From a bacterium (lineage in GTDB: Bacteria; Patescibacteriota; Saccharimonadia; CAILAD01; JADZBC01), in the NCBI GenBank assembly GCA_020852295.1, contig JADZBC010000009.1, positions 216,058 to 280,057 on the forward strand: a stretch of 64,000 bases of DNA, given 5' to 3'. Positions 9,715 through 19,875 of this stretch are shown here, one piece after another. Numbering within the stretch: the stretch's first letter is position 1; each line of letters begins with the position of its first letter. Position numbers and translations under genes: made by a program. The notes beneath the pieces are model-generated. The model saw only the letters and a list, made by a program, of their open reading frames with translations. It was not told where the DNA came from and made no database searches.

Positions 9715-11331
9715 ATGAGTGATATCATTTATCTCGAATCTGACGCCGAGATCACCGAGGCGATCGACAAGCTCAAATCTGCGAAAAAAGACTCTGTGAA
9801 GTTGGTTGTGCCAGCACGATCCTCGTTGCTTCAGAGTGTGGTCAATCTTAAGCTTCTCAAAAAAGCTGCCGCAGATCACAAGCGAGAGCTAATTCTTATC
9901 ACCAACGACAAGACTGCGAAATATCTTGCTGGTGGTGTTGGTCTGGCGGTCGCAGCCAATCTGAAGGCCGAAGCGAAGATCCCTGAAGCCATCAAAGAAG
10001 AGCCGACACCGGACATCATTGAGCCTGATAAATCGCCGCTCGAAGATGATGATTTGCCTATCCACGATGGCAACAAAGCCAAATCGTCCGAGCCAGATGA
10101 ACCGGTAGTCCGGAGCCGATCCCTGACTGACGATCAGCCAGCCGTCGAGCCAAAAAAATCCAAAAAGTCATCGAAGCAGCCGAAGGTGCCAAACTTTAAT
10201 AACCTGCAGAAGCGCACTTGGATTGCTCTCGGTGCAGTTGTGGGTGTAGTCCTACTAATTGTACTGGCGACAGTTGTGCCGTCGGCACAAGTAACCCTAA
10301 AGGTGAATGCCAAAAAGCTCCCGCTGGATCTGAAATTCATCGCTGATAGTAGTATCACCAAGAGCGATTACCCGAACCGCATTGTGCAGGCTACTAAGCT
10401 GCAGACTGAGAAGGATTTGACAGGCAATTTCACAGCTACCGGCAAGAAGGACGTTGGTACGAAGGCGAGTGGTAGTGTGACAATTTCTAATGCATCCAAT
10501 TCGGACCCTATCTCAATTCCTGGTGGTACTACTTTGACCGCAGAGAATCTACGCTTCACGCTCAATGGCAGCACAACTGTGCCGGGTGCTAAGCTGCAGG
10601 GCGGGAACATTATTCCTGGTACTATCAAGGCCGATATTACGGCAAGTGGAAATGGTGATCAGTATAATCTCGGTAATGCCGTTTTCACGATTGCCGGCTT
10701 CAATGGCAAAGTAACCGCAACCGGCTCGACCAGTGGCGGTACATCCAAGCAGGTCACAATTGTGTCTCAGGATGATATCGATAAAGCCAAGGCGACATTG
10801 CTCGATCAGGGCAAGGATCAGCAGAAGAGCGATCTTGTCGAGAAAGCGGGCAAAGATGCCAAGGCTTTTGAGGAGAGTTTTGCGGTAGAGGTACAGAGTT
10901 TTAGTTCCTCGGTAGCGGCTGACAGCGAGAACAGTAGCGGCACCGTGACTGCCAAAGTCCGCTATAGTCTTTTGGCGGTAAAGAAAACTGAACTCGGCAG
11001 TCTTTTTGAAGCAAGCATTAAGTCAGATTTAGAGAAAGGTAGCGAGATCTATGACAATGGTGTGGAATCAGCAAAGTATGCGTTCATCAAATCGGCCGGT
11101 GACGGCAAGGCACAGATTAGTGCTACCGGAACTGCCTATTATGGCGTACCGCTGGATCTAAAGAAAATCGCCTCAGACCTCAAAAATAAGCCAAAAAAAC
11201 AGGTCAATAGCCTTGTGCAGGATTACCCTGATGTCACCGGGGCAACCGTCGACAGCTGGCCACCACTCTTTCCAAATATGCCGGCACTCGACGGCAATAT
11301 CAAGATCAAACTAAGTGTTTCCCAAGATTGA
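9715..11331 (+). CDS. Membrane-anchored protein with baseplate-J-like extracellular domain
   Basis: IYLESDAEIT N-terminus, a TM helix, then KASGSVTISN..IPGGT and A..GDQYN patterns (family recognition from memory). Confidence 0.65.
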   Translation: MSDIIYLESDAEITEAIDKLKSAKKDSVKLVVPARSSLLQSVVNLKLLKKAAADHKRELILITNDKTAKYLAGGVGLAVAANLKAEAKIPEAIKEEPTPDIIEPDKSPLEDDDLPIHDGNKAKSSEPDEPVVRSRSLTDDQPAVEPKKSKKSSKQPKVPNFNNLQKRTWIALGAVVGVVLLIVLATVVPSAQVTLKVNAKKLPLDLKFIADSSITKSDYPNRIVQATKLQTEKDLTGNFTATGKKDVGTKASGSVTISNASNSDPISIPGGTTLTAENLRFTLNGSTTVPGAKLQGGNIIPGTIKADITASGNGDQYNLGNAVFTIAGFNGKVTATGSTSGGTSKQVTIVSQDDIDKAKATLLDQGKDQQKSDLVEKAGKDAKAFEESFAVEVQSFSSSVAADSENSSGTVTAKVRYSLLAVKKTELGSLFEASIKSDLEKGSEIYDNGVESAKYAFIKSAGDGKAQISATGTAYYGVPLDLKKIASDLKNKPKKQVNSLVQDYPDVTGATVDSWPPLFPNMPALDGNIKIKLSVSQD

Positions 11332-11744
11332 GCAATACCGCAAAAATAGACGCGACCAGACTTGCAATTGATTATGGCGAAAAGCGTATTGGTCTGGCGA
11401 TCAAAAAGTCGGGCCATAGTACGGTTGCTACCTTAAATTATCTCCCCAATCAGGAGCGAGCTCTTGATGATTTGCAAAAAATTGTGGACGATTTCAAGAT
11501 TGAGTGCATAGTGTTGGGCTTGCCGCGCGGGCTCGATGGCCAAAAGACCAATCAGACCGATGCTGTGGAGGCCTTTGGTGAACGGCTAGCGAAGGTCGTT
11601 GGTGTGGATATTGTCTACCAGGACGAGACGCTGTCGAGCGAAGAGGCGGTCAGGAGATTGCCGAAAGGCCTAACCGCAAAACAGCAGCGCGAACGCATTG
11701 ATAGCGAGGCGGCGAAAGTGATTTTAGAGGACTATCTGTTATGA
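11328..11744 (+). CDS. ruvX: YqgF/RuvX family RNase H-fold nuclease
   Basis: LAIDYGEKRIGLA, VLGLP, DETLSS and IDSEAAKVILE motifs. Confidence 0.92.
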   Translation: MSNTAKIDATRLAIDYGEKRIGLAIKKSGHSTVATLNYLPNQERALDDLQKIVDDFKIECIVLGLPRGLDGQKTNQTDAVEAFGERLAKVVGVDIVYQDETLSSEEAVRRLPKGLTAKQQRERIDSEAAKVILEDYLL

Positions 11745-12739
11745 AAAAACCAGTAAAACTCGTGCTGGCACTTGTCGGTGTTGTGGCGGCTGCTTTGCTG
11801 GTCGTTAGTTTTTATCTTACATACAAGATTACGACATCACGTAATAATCAGAGCGTCGAAACGCAAATAGTAGAGATAAAGAGCGGGAGCTCAATTGGCG
11901 ACATCGCACGACAGCTTGCTGATAAAAAGCTGATTGATTCAACAGTTGCCTTTGAGTTTTATGCTCGTTTTGGTCCCGCAAGAGGGAGGTTGTTGCCGGG
12001 GCCGTATGCTTTGAGCGCCAACATGAGCATCAAAAAGATAGTCGAGAAACTTGCAGCGGGTGATTTGGCAGTGGCGAAAATAACCATTCCAGAGGGGGTC
12101 ACGGTCAATAGGATTGCGCGATTATGGGTGGCGTCTGGCGCCGGCAATGAAGCTGACTTCAAGGCAGCGCTCAAGTTAGACTACGGCTATGATTTCCTGA
12201 AAGACCGAATGAATCCTAGTTCGCTCGAAGGTTACCTGGCACCAGCAACCTATCGGGTTGGTTATCAGGCGAAACCACGTGAGTTGATAGAAAAGATGTT
12301 GCAGCAGTTCGAAAAGACAGTTCGGCCGGTGCTGTATGGCGCAAATGAATCTGGGCTTAGCCCAGCGCAAGTGCTGACACTTGCTTCAATCGTCGAGGCA
12401 GAAGCCAATAATACGGTCGATCGTAAGCTGGTCGCTGGTATCTTCCTCAATCGACTCGAGCAGGGTATAAAGCTTCAGAGTGATGTGACGGTCAACTATG
12501 TCACCGGCAAAACGGCAACGCGTCCAGAGGATCTGTTGGTAGACAGTCGATACAATACTTATATCTACAAGGGTCTTACGCCCGGACCGATCAATAATCC
12601 GAGCCTTAACGCGATCGAAGCCGTTCTGCGCCCAACTCGTACAGATTATCTTTTCTTCATCGCCGGTAAAGATGGCAAGATGTACTATGCTCGTACAAAT
12701 GACGAGCACGAAGCGAATATAGACCGATACTTGAAATAA
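11741..12739 (+). CDS. mltG: Endolytic transglycosylase MltG
   Basis: TIPEG, LEGYLAPATY, LASIVEAE, LQSDVTV and YNTY..GLTPGPINNP motifs. Confidence 0.95.
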   Translation: MKKPVKLVLALVGVVAAALLVVSFYLTYKITTSRNNQSVETQIVEIKSGSSIGDIARQLADKKLIDSTVAFEFYARFGPARGRLLPGPYALSANMSIKKIVEKLAAGDLAVAKITIPEGVTVNRIARLWVASGAGNEADFKAALKLDYGYDFLKDRMNPSSLEGYLAPATYRVGYQAKPRELIEKMLQQFEKTVRPVLYGANESGLSPAQVLTLASIVEAEANNTVDRKLVAGIFLNRLEQGIKLQSDVTVNYVTGKTATRPEDLLVDSRYNTYIYKGLTPGPINNPSLNAIEAVLRPTRTDYLFFIAGKDGKMYYARTNDEHEANIDRYLK

Positions 12740-12772
12740 AAAAAACGCTTTAAACTAAGCATTTTTCGTAGC

Positions 12773-12801
12773 TTGACGCCCCATACTCACCATGCTAGAC
12801 T
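12773..12801 (+). promoter_or_regulatory. Promoter TTGACG-17-TAGACT for the LysM/CHAP gene
   Basis: Hexamers with a 17-nt spacer and TG extension; implies a ~230-nt leader. Confidence 0.6.
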
Positions 12802-13039
12802 ACTTGGCGTACCTTGAAATAAGCACAAGCAGTTTCCGTTTAACTGTTTTTGCTTAATTCTCGTTACCTGCATCAACCTTTCAGATTTAAGAGAGTCCAT
12901 AATTAATTTAACTTCAGGTCGAAGCTCTTGGTCCGCTTGCGGAGACAGAAAGGTCGCAGTAGAGACGCATTACCGTAACTGATGTTTCGCGTCTGGGAGA
13001 AGTTTTATAAGTAGAAAAGCGCTTGGCCTAGTTCTTAAA

Positions 13040-14194
13040 GTGCGCCGCGAAGCATTCGCTGGTGTGAACGTCGACCAGACACTTTCGAAAATAAAAAACC
13101 CACAGTCAGTAGGAACTTCCTACTTTCCAAAGAAAAATACATCTGAAATACTCAATTCTGGCATCCAGAATATTAGTCGTTCGATAAAAGCTGAGCGAAC
13201 GTTTGCAAAACGTTTCGCTGGTCACAGCCTTGTGCTTGTGGCAGCAGCATTAATTTTAGGGTTTAGCCACTTTAGCGGCGGTAATTCGCTTGCCATCGCT
13301 AACCAAGGTGGTGGCGTCGGCGTGGCCGATGATCAGGTTAGCTTAATACAGACTGGGGCTATTTTGGCTGCCAGTACCAACAGCATGATCGCTTCTGACA
13401 TCAAGTCAAAAGCTGAAACGATGAGCTCACAAGTTTATCTCGCAACCGCAGGTGATAACTTTTTGGCAAAGCGCCAGCCTATTACAACCGCCGGCAGTAT
13501 TACCCGTGACATCACCACCTACCAGGTGCAAAACGGTGATACTATCTGGAGTATTTCGGCGAAGTTTAATATCACGACTGACACGGTGAAGTGGGCAAAT
13601 GACCTCAATGATGACAGTGTGCTCAAGCCAGGCGCAAACCTTACCATTCTACCGGTTAATGGTCTGCTGTTTACCGCTCAGGGTGGCGATGATGTTGCAG
13701 CGATTGCTACCAAGTATAAATCAAGCGCATCATTGATCGACAGCTACAACAACCTTGAAGGCAATGCACCGGCGGCAGGTCAAAAACTGATTATTCCTGA
13801 TGGAGTTATGCCAGAAGAGCCAAAGCCTGTCGTGCAAGTCGCCGTGGCTGCTCCACGAGCAACCACACCGAGCTTCACCCCAACCTATGGTGGCTACAAT
13901 GGCTACGCCTACGGTTACTGTACATGGTATGTCGCGTCGCGCCGTTCGGTACCAAGCAACTGGGGCAATGCTGTGAGCTGGTATTACAATGCGCAGTACT
14001 CGGGTTATGGAGTTGGTAGTGCACCGACACCGGGGGCAATTGCCTGGGAGCGTAGTAATCACGTTGCGCTCGTTGAAAGCGTCAGCGGTGGTATGGTCAC
14101 TGTATCTGAGATGAACTACTACGGTAATGGTGGCGGTTGGAACCGCGTATCGCGCCGCACTGTACCGGCTAGTACCTTCCTCTATATCTACTAA
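13040..14194 (+). CDS. LysM + CHAP peptidoglycan hydrolase
   Basis: Two LysM repeats (YQVQNGDTIWSI...) and a CHAP domain (YGYCTWYV, WGNA, HVALVE, SEMN). Confidence 0.9.
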   Translation: MRREAFAGVNVDQTLSKIKNPQSVGTSYFPKKNTSEILNSGIQNISRSIKAERTFAKRFAGHSLVLVAAALILGFSHFSGGNSLAIANQGGGVGVADDQVSLIQTGAILAASTNSMIASDIKSKAETMSSQVYLATAGDNFLAKRQPITTAGSITRDITTYQVQNGDTIWSISAKFNITTDTVKWANDLNDDSVLKPGANLTILPVNGLLFTAQGGDDVAAIATKYKSSASLIDSYNNLEGNAPAAGQKLIIPDGVMPEEPKPVVQVAVAAPRATTPSFTPTYGGYNGYAYGYCTWYVASRRSVPSNWGNAVSWYYNAQYSGYGVGSAPTPGAIAWERSNHVALVESVSGGMVTVSEMNYYGNGGGWNRVSRRTVPASTFLYIY

Positions 14195-14237
14195 AAGCCA
14201 TAGCTTTTTGAGGCCAAATACTATATAATCATTTCCT

Positions 14238-15494
14238 ATGTTTGTCGATATAGCAAAAATTAGTGTTGCTGCCGGAAGCGGTGGTAATGGTCGCATGAGC
14301 TTTCGCTCTAGTCGAGGCAACCCAAAAGGCGGTCCCGATGGTGGCGACGGTGGGAATGGTGGCAGTATCATTGCGCGTGCTGATCACAATAGCGCTACGC
14401 TCAGTAAATACCGCACCAGCAAGCTCTGGAAGGCCGAAGACGGTCAGCAGGGTGGCAAGAGCCGTGCCCATGGCCGCAACGGCAAAGACTTAATCCTCCC
14501 AGTAGCACCTGGGACTATTGTGCGCCTCGGTGACCAGATCATTGCCGATTTGCCCAACGATGGCGATGAAGCGATAATCGCCAAGGGTGGCAAGGGCGGC
14601 TATGGGAACGCACACTTTGTCAGCTCGACCCGTCAAGCTCCCCGCATCGCTGAACTCGGCGAAAAGGGCGAGGAGCGTGAGCTTGTGCTTGAGCTGAAGT
14701 TGGTGGCAGACGTTGGTCTGGTTGGTTTGCCGAATGCTGGCAAGTCGACGCTGCTCTCAGTGGTGAGCAATGCGCGACCACAAATTGCTGATTATCCCTT
14801 TACTACACTGGTGCCAAATCTAGGCATTATGGAGGTGGGCGACCAGAGCTTAGTCCTAGCTGATATACCTGGACTTATCGAGGGTGCCGCTGAGGGTAAA
14901 GGACTGGGTGATGAATTCTTGCGCCATGTCGAGCGCAACCGAGTGCTGCTACATCTGATTGATGCTTCGAGTGAAGATGTTGCGAACTCATATAGAGTAA
15001 TTATGGGCGAACTCAAAAATTACCAAGTCGATTTGTCTGATCGTCCTCAGGTTGTAGCCCTTTCCAAGGTTGAGTTGGTTGAACCAGCCGAGCTCAAGCA
15101 AAAGGTGGCTCAGCTGGCTAAGGCGGCCAAACTCAAACAAAAAGACATCATTTGCTTCTCAGCACAGACCCATCACAATCTTGATCAGTTAAAAAACCGA
15201 CTCCTTTTGGTGGCCAGCCAATCACAGCAAGAGGTTCACATTGAGGATGAAATGCCAGTTATTTCACTAAAAGCTGACGATGATTTTTGGGAAGTTAGTA
15301 AGGTGGATGATGGCTACCGAGTGGATGGGGTCGCGATCGAGCGTTTTGCTGCACGGACGAACTTTGATCAGCCACAGGCCGTCCTCCGACTGCGCGATAT
15401 CCTCATCAAGCGGGGTGTCGGCTATGAGCTCGAACGGCAAGGCGCATCATATGGCGACATAGTGCATATAGGCGACAAGGAGATTCGATGGTAG
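14238..15494 (+). CDS. obg: GTPase Obg
   Basis: Gly-rich Obg fold; GLPNAGKST, YPFTTLVP and DIPGLIEG motifs. Confidence 0.97.
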   Translation: MFVDIAKISVAAGSGGNGRMSFRSSRGNPKGGPDGGDGGNGGSIIARADHNSATLSKYRTSKLWKAEDGQQGGKSRAHGRNGKDLILPVAPGTIVRLGDQIIADLPNDGDEAIIAKGGKGGYGNAHFVSSTRQAPRIAELGEKGEERELVLELKLVADVGLVGLPNAGKSTLLSVVSNARPQIADYPFTTLVPNLGIMEVGDQSLVLADIPGLIEGAAEGKGLGDEFLRHVERNRVLLHLIDASSEDVANSYRVIMGELKNYQVDLSDRPQVVALSKVELVEPAELKQKVAQLAKAAKLKQKDIICFSAQTHHNLDQLKNRLLLVASQSQQEVHIEDEMPVISLKADDDFWEVSKVDDGYRVDGVAIERFAARTNFDQPQAVLRLRDILIKRGVGYELERQGASYGDIVHIGDKEIRW

Positions 15495-16033
15495 ATTTCA
15501 CAATTGATGACATCGCTATCGAGGCCAAGACCGAGCCAGATTTGTTCTCACCCAAAGCACTCGACAGTGGCACGAGGCTACTCATTGAGCAGGCAGTCAA
15601 AGTGGAAGCTCAAACAATTTTAGATTGGGGTTGTGGCTGGGGCGCTATCTCACTGTATATGGCAAAAAGCCGGCCGCAGTCACGCGTCATGGCGCTGGAT
15701 AGCGATATCGCTGCTATTAGCACGACTCGGGCAAATGCTGAGCATAATGATGTGCGCAATCTTGAAGTGATCGCCAGCCACGGTTTCTCCGAGGTGCCGG
15801 CCGATCTCAAGTATGATCTGATTCTGAGTCACCCGCCAACACATCGTGGTCGTCAGGTTGTAGATCAGATGGTCGCTGATAGCCTGGAGCGCTTAAATGA
15901 CGGTGGTCAGCTGCTTGTTGTTTCGGAGGCGAGGATAAAGCCGTGGTTGGCACGGACTATCAAAAATGTCTTTGGTGACTACAAGATCCTCAAGCGCAAT
16001 CCAAAATATGTGGTTTTGCGCGGCATCAAGTAG
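15488..16033 (+). CDS. Class I SAM methyltransferase (RsmC/MTS-like)
   Basis: FSPKALDSGT, LDWGCGWG and LSHPP motifs. Confidence 0.85.
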   Translation: MVDFTIDDIAIEAKTEPDLFSPKALDSGTRLLIEQAVKVEAQTILDWGCGWGAISLYMAKSRPQSRVMALDSDIAAISTTRANAEHNDVRNLEVIASHGFSEVPADLKYDLILSHPPTHRGRQVVDQMVADSLERLNDGGQLLVVSEARIKPWLARTIKNVFGDYKILKRNPKYVVLRGIK

Positions 16034-16112
16034 CTTGTAGTCTTTATCTTTTACTATTACAATCTGGGCCAGGTGGATCTACCGCCGCACATGCAACCGA
16101 GGGGGGTGACGC

Positions 16113-16544
16113 ATGAATGTACATGGCAATATGGCACATCGACACTTCAAGCCAGAAGTGACGGCTCGTGTCGTGGCCGATCGAGTGGTGGCAGCCGGGG
16201 GAGATGCGGTGGTGGTGCCAGAGTTGGTCAAGCACCGCAAGGGTGGCCTGGAGATCGTGGGCTGGCAAGTTCACTACGCACCGAGCTACCTGCCCGACTG
16301 GGTACTCGATCCGCGCTGCAAGGAGGAGCCGAAGGTAATGAAGCTCCTCAAGGTGCTCAGCCAGTGGCACGACTGGATCAACGTTCAGCGCATCCGCAAC
16401 GAGCTGTACCTCGATGAGCGCGAGTTCCAGCGCACGGTTGATCTGGCACGCATGCTTCACCTGGTGGAGCACCCAGGAGGTTCGCAGTCGCGGCTCGTGC
16501 TGCTGTCGGCAGGCAGGGCGCGCGTTGAGGCGGCTTCCGCCTAG
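16113..16544 (+). CDS. Hypothetical protein with possible C-terminal winged helix, GC-rich cassette
   Basis: Promoter TTGTAG-17-TACAAT (16035-16063), SD GAGGGGGGTGA, GC-rich codons; C-terminus LVLLSAGRARVE resembles a MarR-like wing. Confidence 0.7.
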   Translation: MNVHGNMAHRHFKPEVTARVVADRVVAAGGDAVVVPELVKHRKGGLEIVGWQVHYAPSYLPDWVLDPRCKEEPKVMKLLKVLSQWHDWINVQRIRNELYLDEREFQRTVDLARMLHLVEHPGGSQSRLVLLSAGRARVEAASA

Positions 16545-16571
16545 AGACCCGGTGCTTCGGCACCGGGTCTC
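16544..16571 (+). terminator. Perfect 12-bp hairpin with UUCG loop
   Basis: GAGACCCGGTGC-TTCG-GCACCGGGTCTC directly at the stop codon. Confidence 0.75.
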
Positions 16572-16597
16572 AACCCGTTTATGATATAATTTATTCA

Positions 16598-16789
16598 ATG
16601 GTAAACGTAAAAAAAGCAGACGAGTTTTTTCGCAAAGAGATCGATACTGCCGAGATAGAGCGCAGTGCTCATTACACGTTTCGTGATGGTTTTCGACTTG
16701 GCTTCGGCATCTTCTGCGGGTTTTTACTTGGCAGTGTGATTTTAGTCGCAATTGTCTGGCTACTTGGCAGCGTCTTTAAGATCGGCTAG
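16598..16789 (+). CDS. Small membrane protein
   Basis: TATAAT 7 nt before the ATG; hydrophobic C-terminus. Confidence 0.65.
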   Translation: MVNVKKADEFFRKEIDTAEIERSAHYTFRDGFRLGFGIFCGFLLGSVILVAIVWLLGSVFKIG

Positions 16790-16833
16790 GCTCGATTTTT
16801 TTTATCAATTCTGCTAGTATTACTATCTGACAT

Positions 16834-16910
<77 letters not shown>

Positions 16911-16945
16911 TTTGTTCTTATCCAGCAACCCAGGAGGGTGAAGCA

Positions 16946-17188
16946 ATGGCTGATCAGCCAGATGAAACAACCGAGCCGGTCATCCGGCTCACTGGTGGCA
17001 CCATGGAGGTCCACCAGCTCGGTGGAGACGGTGAGGCGCCTCTCGTCGATCGTCCAGATGTCGCCCTACACGGCCTCGGCATCTTCGACCAGGCGGTCGA
17101 GGCGGCCGGTGGGCAGATCGAGGGAGATGTGCACCTGCGCACTCCGGGAGGCCTCCGACTCATCCGAGGCGGAAACGCCGACAACTGA
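16946..17188 (+). CDS. Small acidic hypothetical protein (80 aa), GC-rich cassette behind tRNA-Ala
   Basis: SD AGGAGGGTGA (16932-16941), GC-rich codons, terminator hairpin 17212-17242. Confidence 0.65.
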   Translation: MADQPDETTEPVIRLTGGTMEVHQLGGDGEAPLVDRPDVALHGLGIFDQAVEAAGGQIEGDVHLRTPGGLRLIRGGNADN

Positions 17189-17257
17189 GACACAGGGGCT
17201 CGGGAGCTTCCGAAGAGGGGCCTTCGGGCTCCTCTTCATTTTAGCTATAATAATAAT

Positions 17258-17692
17258 ATGAAACCTGACCAGACTATCGCGCATGTCTTGCAGTTGGATC
17301 TGCAGGCGCTACGGATCGCCAATATCTCAACGATCGCCTTTGATGCCGATCGCACGCTTGGACATTTCTTTTTTCGGCAACCAGAGAAGAATATTGAGGA
17401 TTTTATCACTCAAGTATCGCAGGACTTCGGAATAATCCTGGCGACCAATCGTCGCCGACCCATAATCTTTGCAAATCTTTTTGGTGCAAGCATAGTGCAA
17501 CCGGTGCTGGGTCTCAAACCCAAACCCCATGCAGAATTCTTCCAAAGGATTATTGACACCGCAGGAGTGCCAGTGAACCAGATTGCGATGGTTGGTGATA
17601 GCATGCGTAAGGATATTGAACCGGCGCAGCGGTCTGGCATGTATACTGTGTGGGTTGATTCCAGGCGCGGTGATGCTAAACACATAGTATAA
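17258..17692 (+). CDS. HAD-superfamily phosphatase (YqeG-like)
   Basis: FDADRTL, KPKP and MVGDSMRKDI motifs. Confidence 0.85.
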   Translation: MKPDQTIAHVLQLDLQALRIANISTIAFDADRTLGHFFFRQPEKNIEDFITQVSQDFGIILATNRRRPIIFANLFGASIVQPVLGLKPKPHAEFFQRIIDTAGVPVNQIAMVGDSMRKDIEPAQRSGMYTVWVDSRRGDAKHIV

Positions 17693-17699
17693 TGTTGGC

Positions 17700-18161
17700 A
17701 TGGTAGATCATGATCCAACACAAGATCCTGCTTTGGTCGAGACAGCGCATGCTTCCTTGAGCCCAGTCGAAGTGATCGAAAAGAAATTTAGTGAGATATA
17801 CGAACTTCATATGAGTCATCCGGATCGAAACTATGTATCGGCGAGTGGCGAGGCAGAAGTCGCCCGACTGAGTACACCGGAGGGTCAGCTGATTGATGTC
17901 ATGCGACCTTCGCTTGACCGTCTGCCGGGAGATGTACGCGTTTTTCATATTTATGAATATCAGCGGGCGATCAATCTAGAAACTGGACAGCCATCGCAGG
18001 ATAAGGTGTATCGTGAGTTTGCAGTACAAGATGGCGGCGTCTTTGGTGAGATTCTCACAGATCGTAGCGGCCAAGCCTACTTCGTGGAGATGACGGAGGG
18101 TGCCGCAGAACTTGCCCAAAGGGTTGCTCAGGCCAATCTGGTGCCCTACCCAGAAGCTTAG
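17700..18161 (+). CDS. Hypothetical protein
   Basis: ORF with TATAAT 6 nt before the ATG. Confidence 0.65.
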   Translation: MVDHDPTQDPALVETAHASLSPVEVIEKKFSEIYELHMSHPDRNYVSASGEAEVARLSTPEGQLIDVMRPSLDRLPGDVRVFHIYEYQRAINLETGQPSQDKVYREFAVQDGGVFGEILTDRSGQAYFVEMTEGAAELAQRVAQANLVPYPEA

Positions 18162-18215
18162 CCTAATCTTTGTTATAATAACCCTAGCCCAACACAAGAT
18201 TGGGCGTAACTATCT

Positions 18216-19502
18216 ATGGTAAAAGCAGCAGCATCCAAACTTATCGCTCGACGACTCCGCACAAAGATGGAGCAGCTTTTGGCTAAGCATAATTTTTCGG
18301 TCATCTGTGTCACGGGCAGTGTTGGCAAAACAAGTGCAAAATACGCCATCGCCAAAGTATTATCGACCAAGTATCGCACCTATGTCAGTGACGAAAGCTA
18401 CAATTGGGACATCGGTTTACCACTCTCGCTTTTTGGCCTGAAGGCACCAGACAGATTGGCTAGCGTGGCTGCCTGGCAGAAGATCTTCCGTCAGATTAAC
18501 AAGCTCATCCGTAATTATCCCTATGAAGTCGTAGTACTTGAGATCGCCGAAGACGAGCAGCAGACGATGCAGGAGTATGTTGATTTACTCAAGCCTGACT
18601 TCTTTGTCGTGACGGGTGCCACGGCAGTACACATGGCCCGTATGCACTCGGTGAAGAATATCGAGCGTGACATTATTGAGCTGGCGAGTTCGGCGAAGCG
18701 AGTCATCTACAATGCCGATTTTCCAGTTTTTAGTAAGGCATTTGGCAAACAGAAGCACAACCTTAGTTACGGGATCGCCAAGGGGCAGGCGCATTTTGGT
18801 CAGCTCAAGCGGAGCCGCGAAGGGTTGCTCAAGGGCGAGCTCATTCTCGGACACAACCGCAAGCTACTCATCACTCAGCAGGTTATGCAAGCCGGGCTTT
18901 ACTCGCTGCTAGCTGCCTCGTTGATCGCCCACGAGTATGATATCGAGGTAAGCCCACTGGTCGAGACACTATCGCAGCTCCAGCCGCTCCGCGGGCGGGG
19001 TCGGTTACTTGCGGGGATCAATGATGCAAAGTTGATTGACGATAGCTATAATAGCTCGCCTGAAGCGACAGTGGCGGCACTTAATACACTCAATGAGTTC
19101 AAGGGTCGCAAGATAGCAGTACTTGGCAGCATGAATGAGCTCGGTAGTTATAGCAGTACTGCTCATGCGCAGGTTGGCGAGGTGGCTGCTCGGACGGCTG
19201 ATATGCTGGTGACTATCGGAGCTGATGCCGAGCGCTATCTTGTATCGGCCGCCCAAACTGTTGGTATGTCGGCCAGTAACATCAAGCGGTTTGATTCACC
19301 ATACGTTGCCGGTCACTTTCTCAAAAAAACACTCCGAGCCGGGGACGTGGTTTTGATTAAGGGTTCACAGGATAGAGTTTTTAGTGAAGAGGTAACACGA
19401 ATAATCCTCGCCAAGCATCTTGACCCAGCTCAAGAGCTTGTTCGCCAGACGAGTTTTTGGCAACGTAAAAAGAAACGAGCTTTCCCAAATGAATCGTACT
19501 AA
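18216..19502 (+). CDS. murF: MurF-like Mur ligase
   Basis: VTGSVGKTS, IDDSYNSSP, LGSMNELG and LIKGSQ motifs. Confidence 0.88.
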   Translation: MVKAAASKLIARRLRTKMEQLLAKHNFSVICVTGSVGKTSAKYAIAKVLSTKYRTYVSDESYNWDIGLPLSLFGLKAPDRLASVAAWQKIFRQINKLIRNYPYEVVVLEIAEDEQQTMQEYVDLLKPDFFVVTGATAVHMARMHSVKNIERDIIELASSAKRVIYNADFPVFSKAFGKQKHNLSYGIAKGQAHFGQLKRSREGLLKGELILGHNRKLLITQQVMQAGLYSLLAASLIAHEYDIEVSPLVETLSQLQPLRGRGRLLAGINDAKLIDDSYNSSPEATVAALNTLNEFKGRKIAVLGSMNELGSYSSTAHAQVGEVAARTADMLVTIGADAERYLVSAAQTVGMSASNIKRFDSPYVAGHFLKKTLRAGDVVLIKGSQDRVFSEEVTRIILAKHLDPAQELVRQTSFWQRKKKRAFPNESY

Positions 19503-19842
19503 AAGATTTTTCAGCCAATATGGTCCGCAGTTTCCGGCTACGCTTGCGAACATAGCTGCCAGGTCGGAGGGTAATCCGCAAAAGTATTTGCTTAGCTATC
19601 GGCGAACCGAGGATTTTTTCGAAGAGGCCAAGCATATAAAAGCGAACCCACAAACACGATATTACCAGCTGTTGGTTTATGCCATGATTGTGCCGGCTTG
19701 GATTGTGATGGCGTTGCTACTCTTTGTACTTCGAATATCTGTATTGAGCTGGGTGATTTTAGCCGTGATAGTATGCGCCCTCGCACCTACCATACTTGCG
19801 TATGGTCTGGCGGCCGCCATCAAATTGCTGCCCAAGAAATAA
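19489..19842 (+). CDS. Small membrane protein
   Basis: ATG overlaps the end of murF; two C-terminal TM segments. Confidence 0.55.
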   Translation: MNRTKRFFSQYGPQFPATLANIAARSEGNPQKYLLSYRRTEDFFEEAKHIKANPQTRYYQLLVYAMIVPAWIVMALLLFVLRISVLSWVILAVIVCALAPTILAYGLAAAIKLLPKK

Positions 19843-19875
19843 TGCCCTTTTAGCGGCCGCTGCTATAATACTCTT

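Noticed and set aside
9715-11331. Prophage tail module
   Set aside because: A single membrane-anchored gene embedded among housekeeping genes, with no other phage genes.
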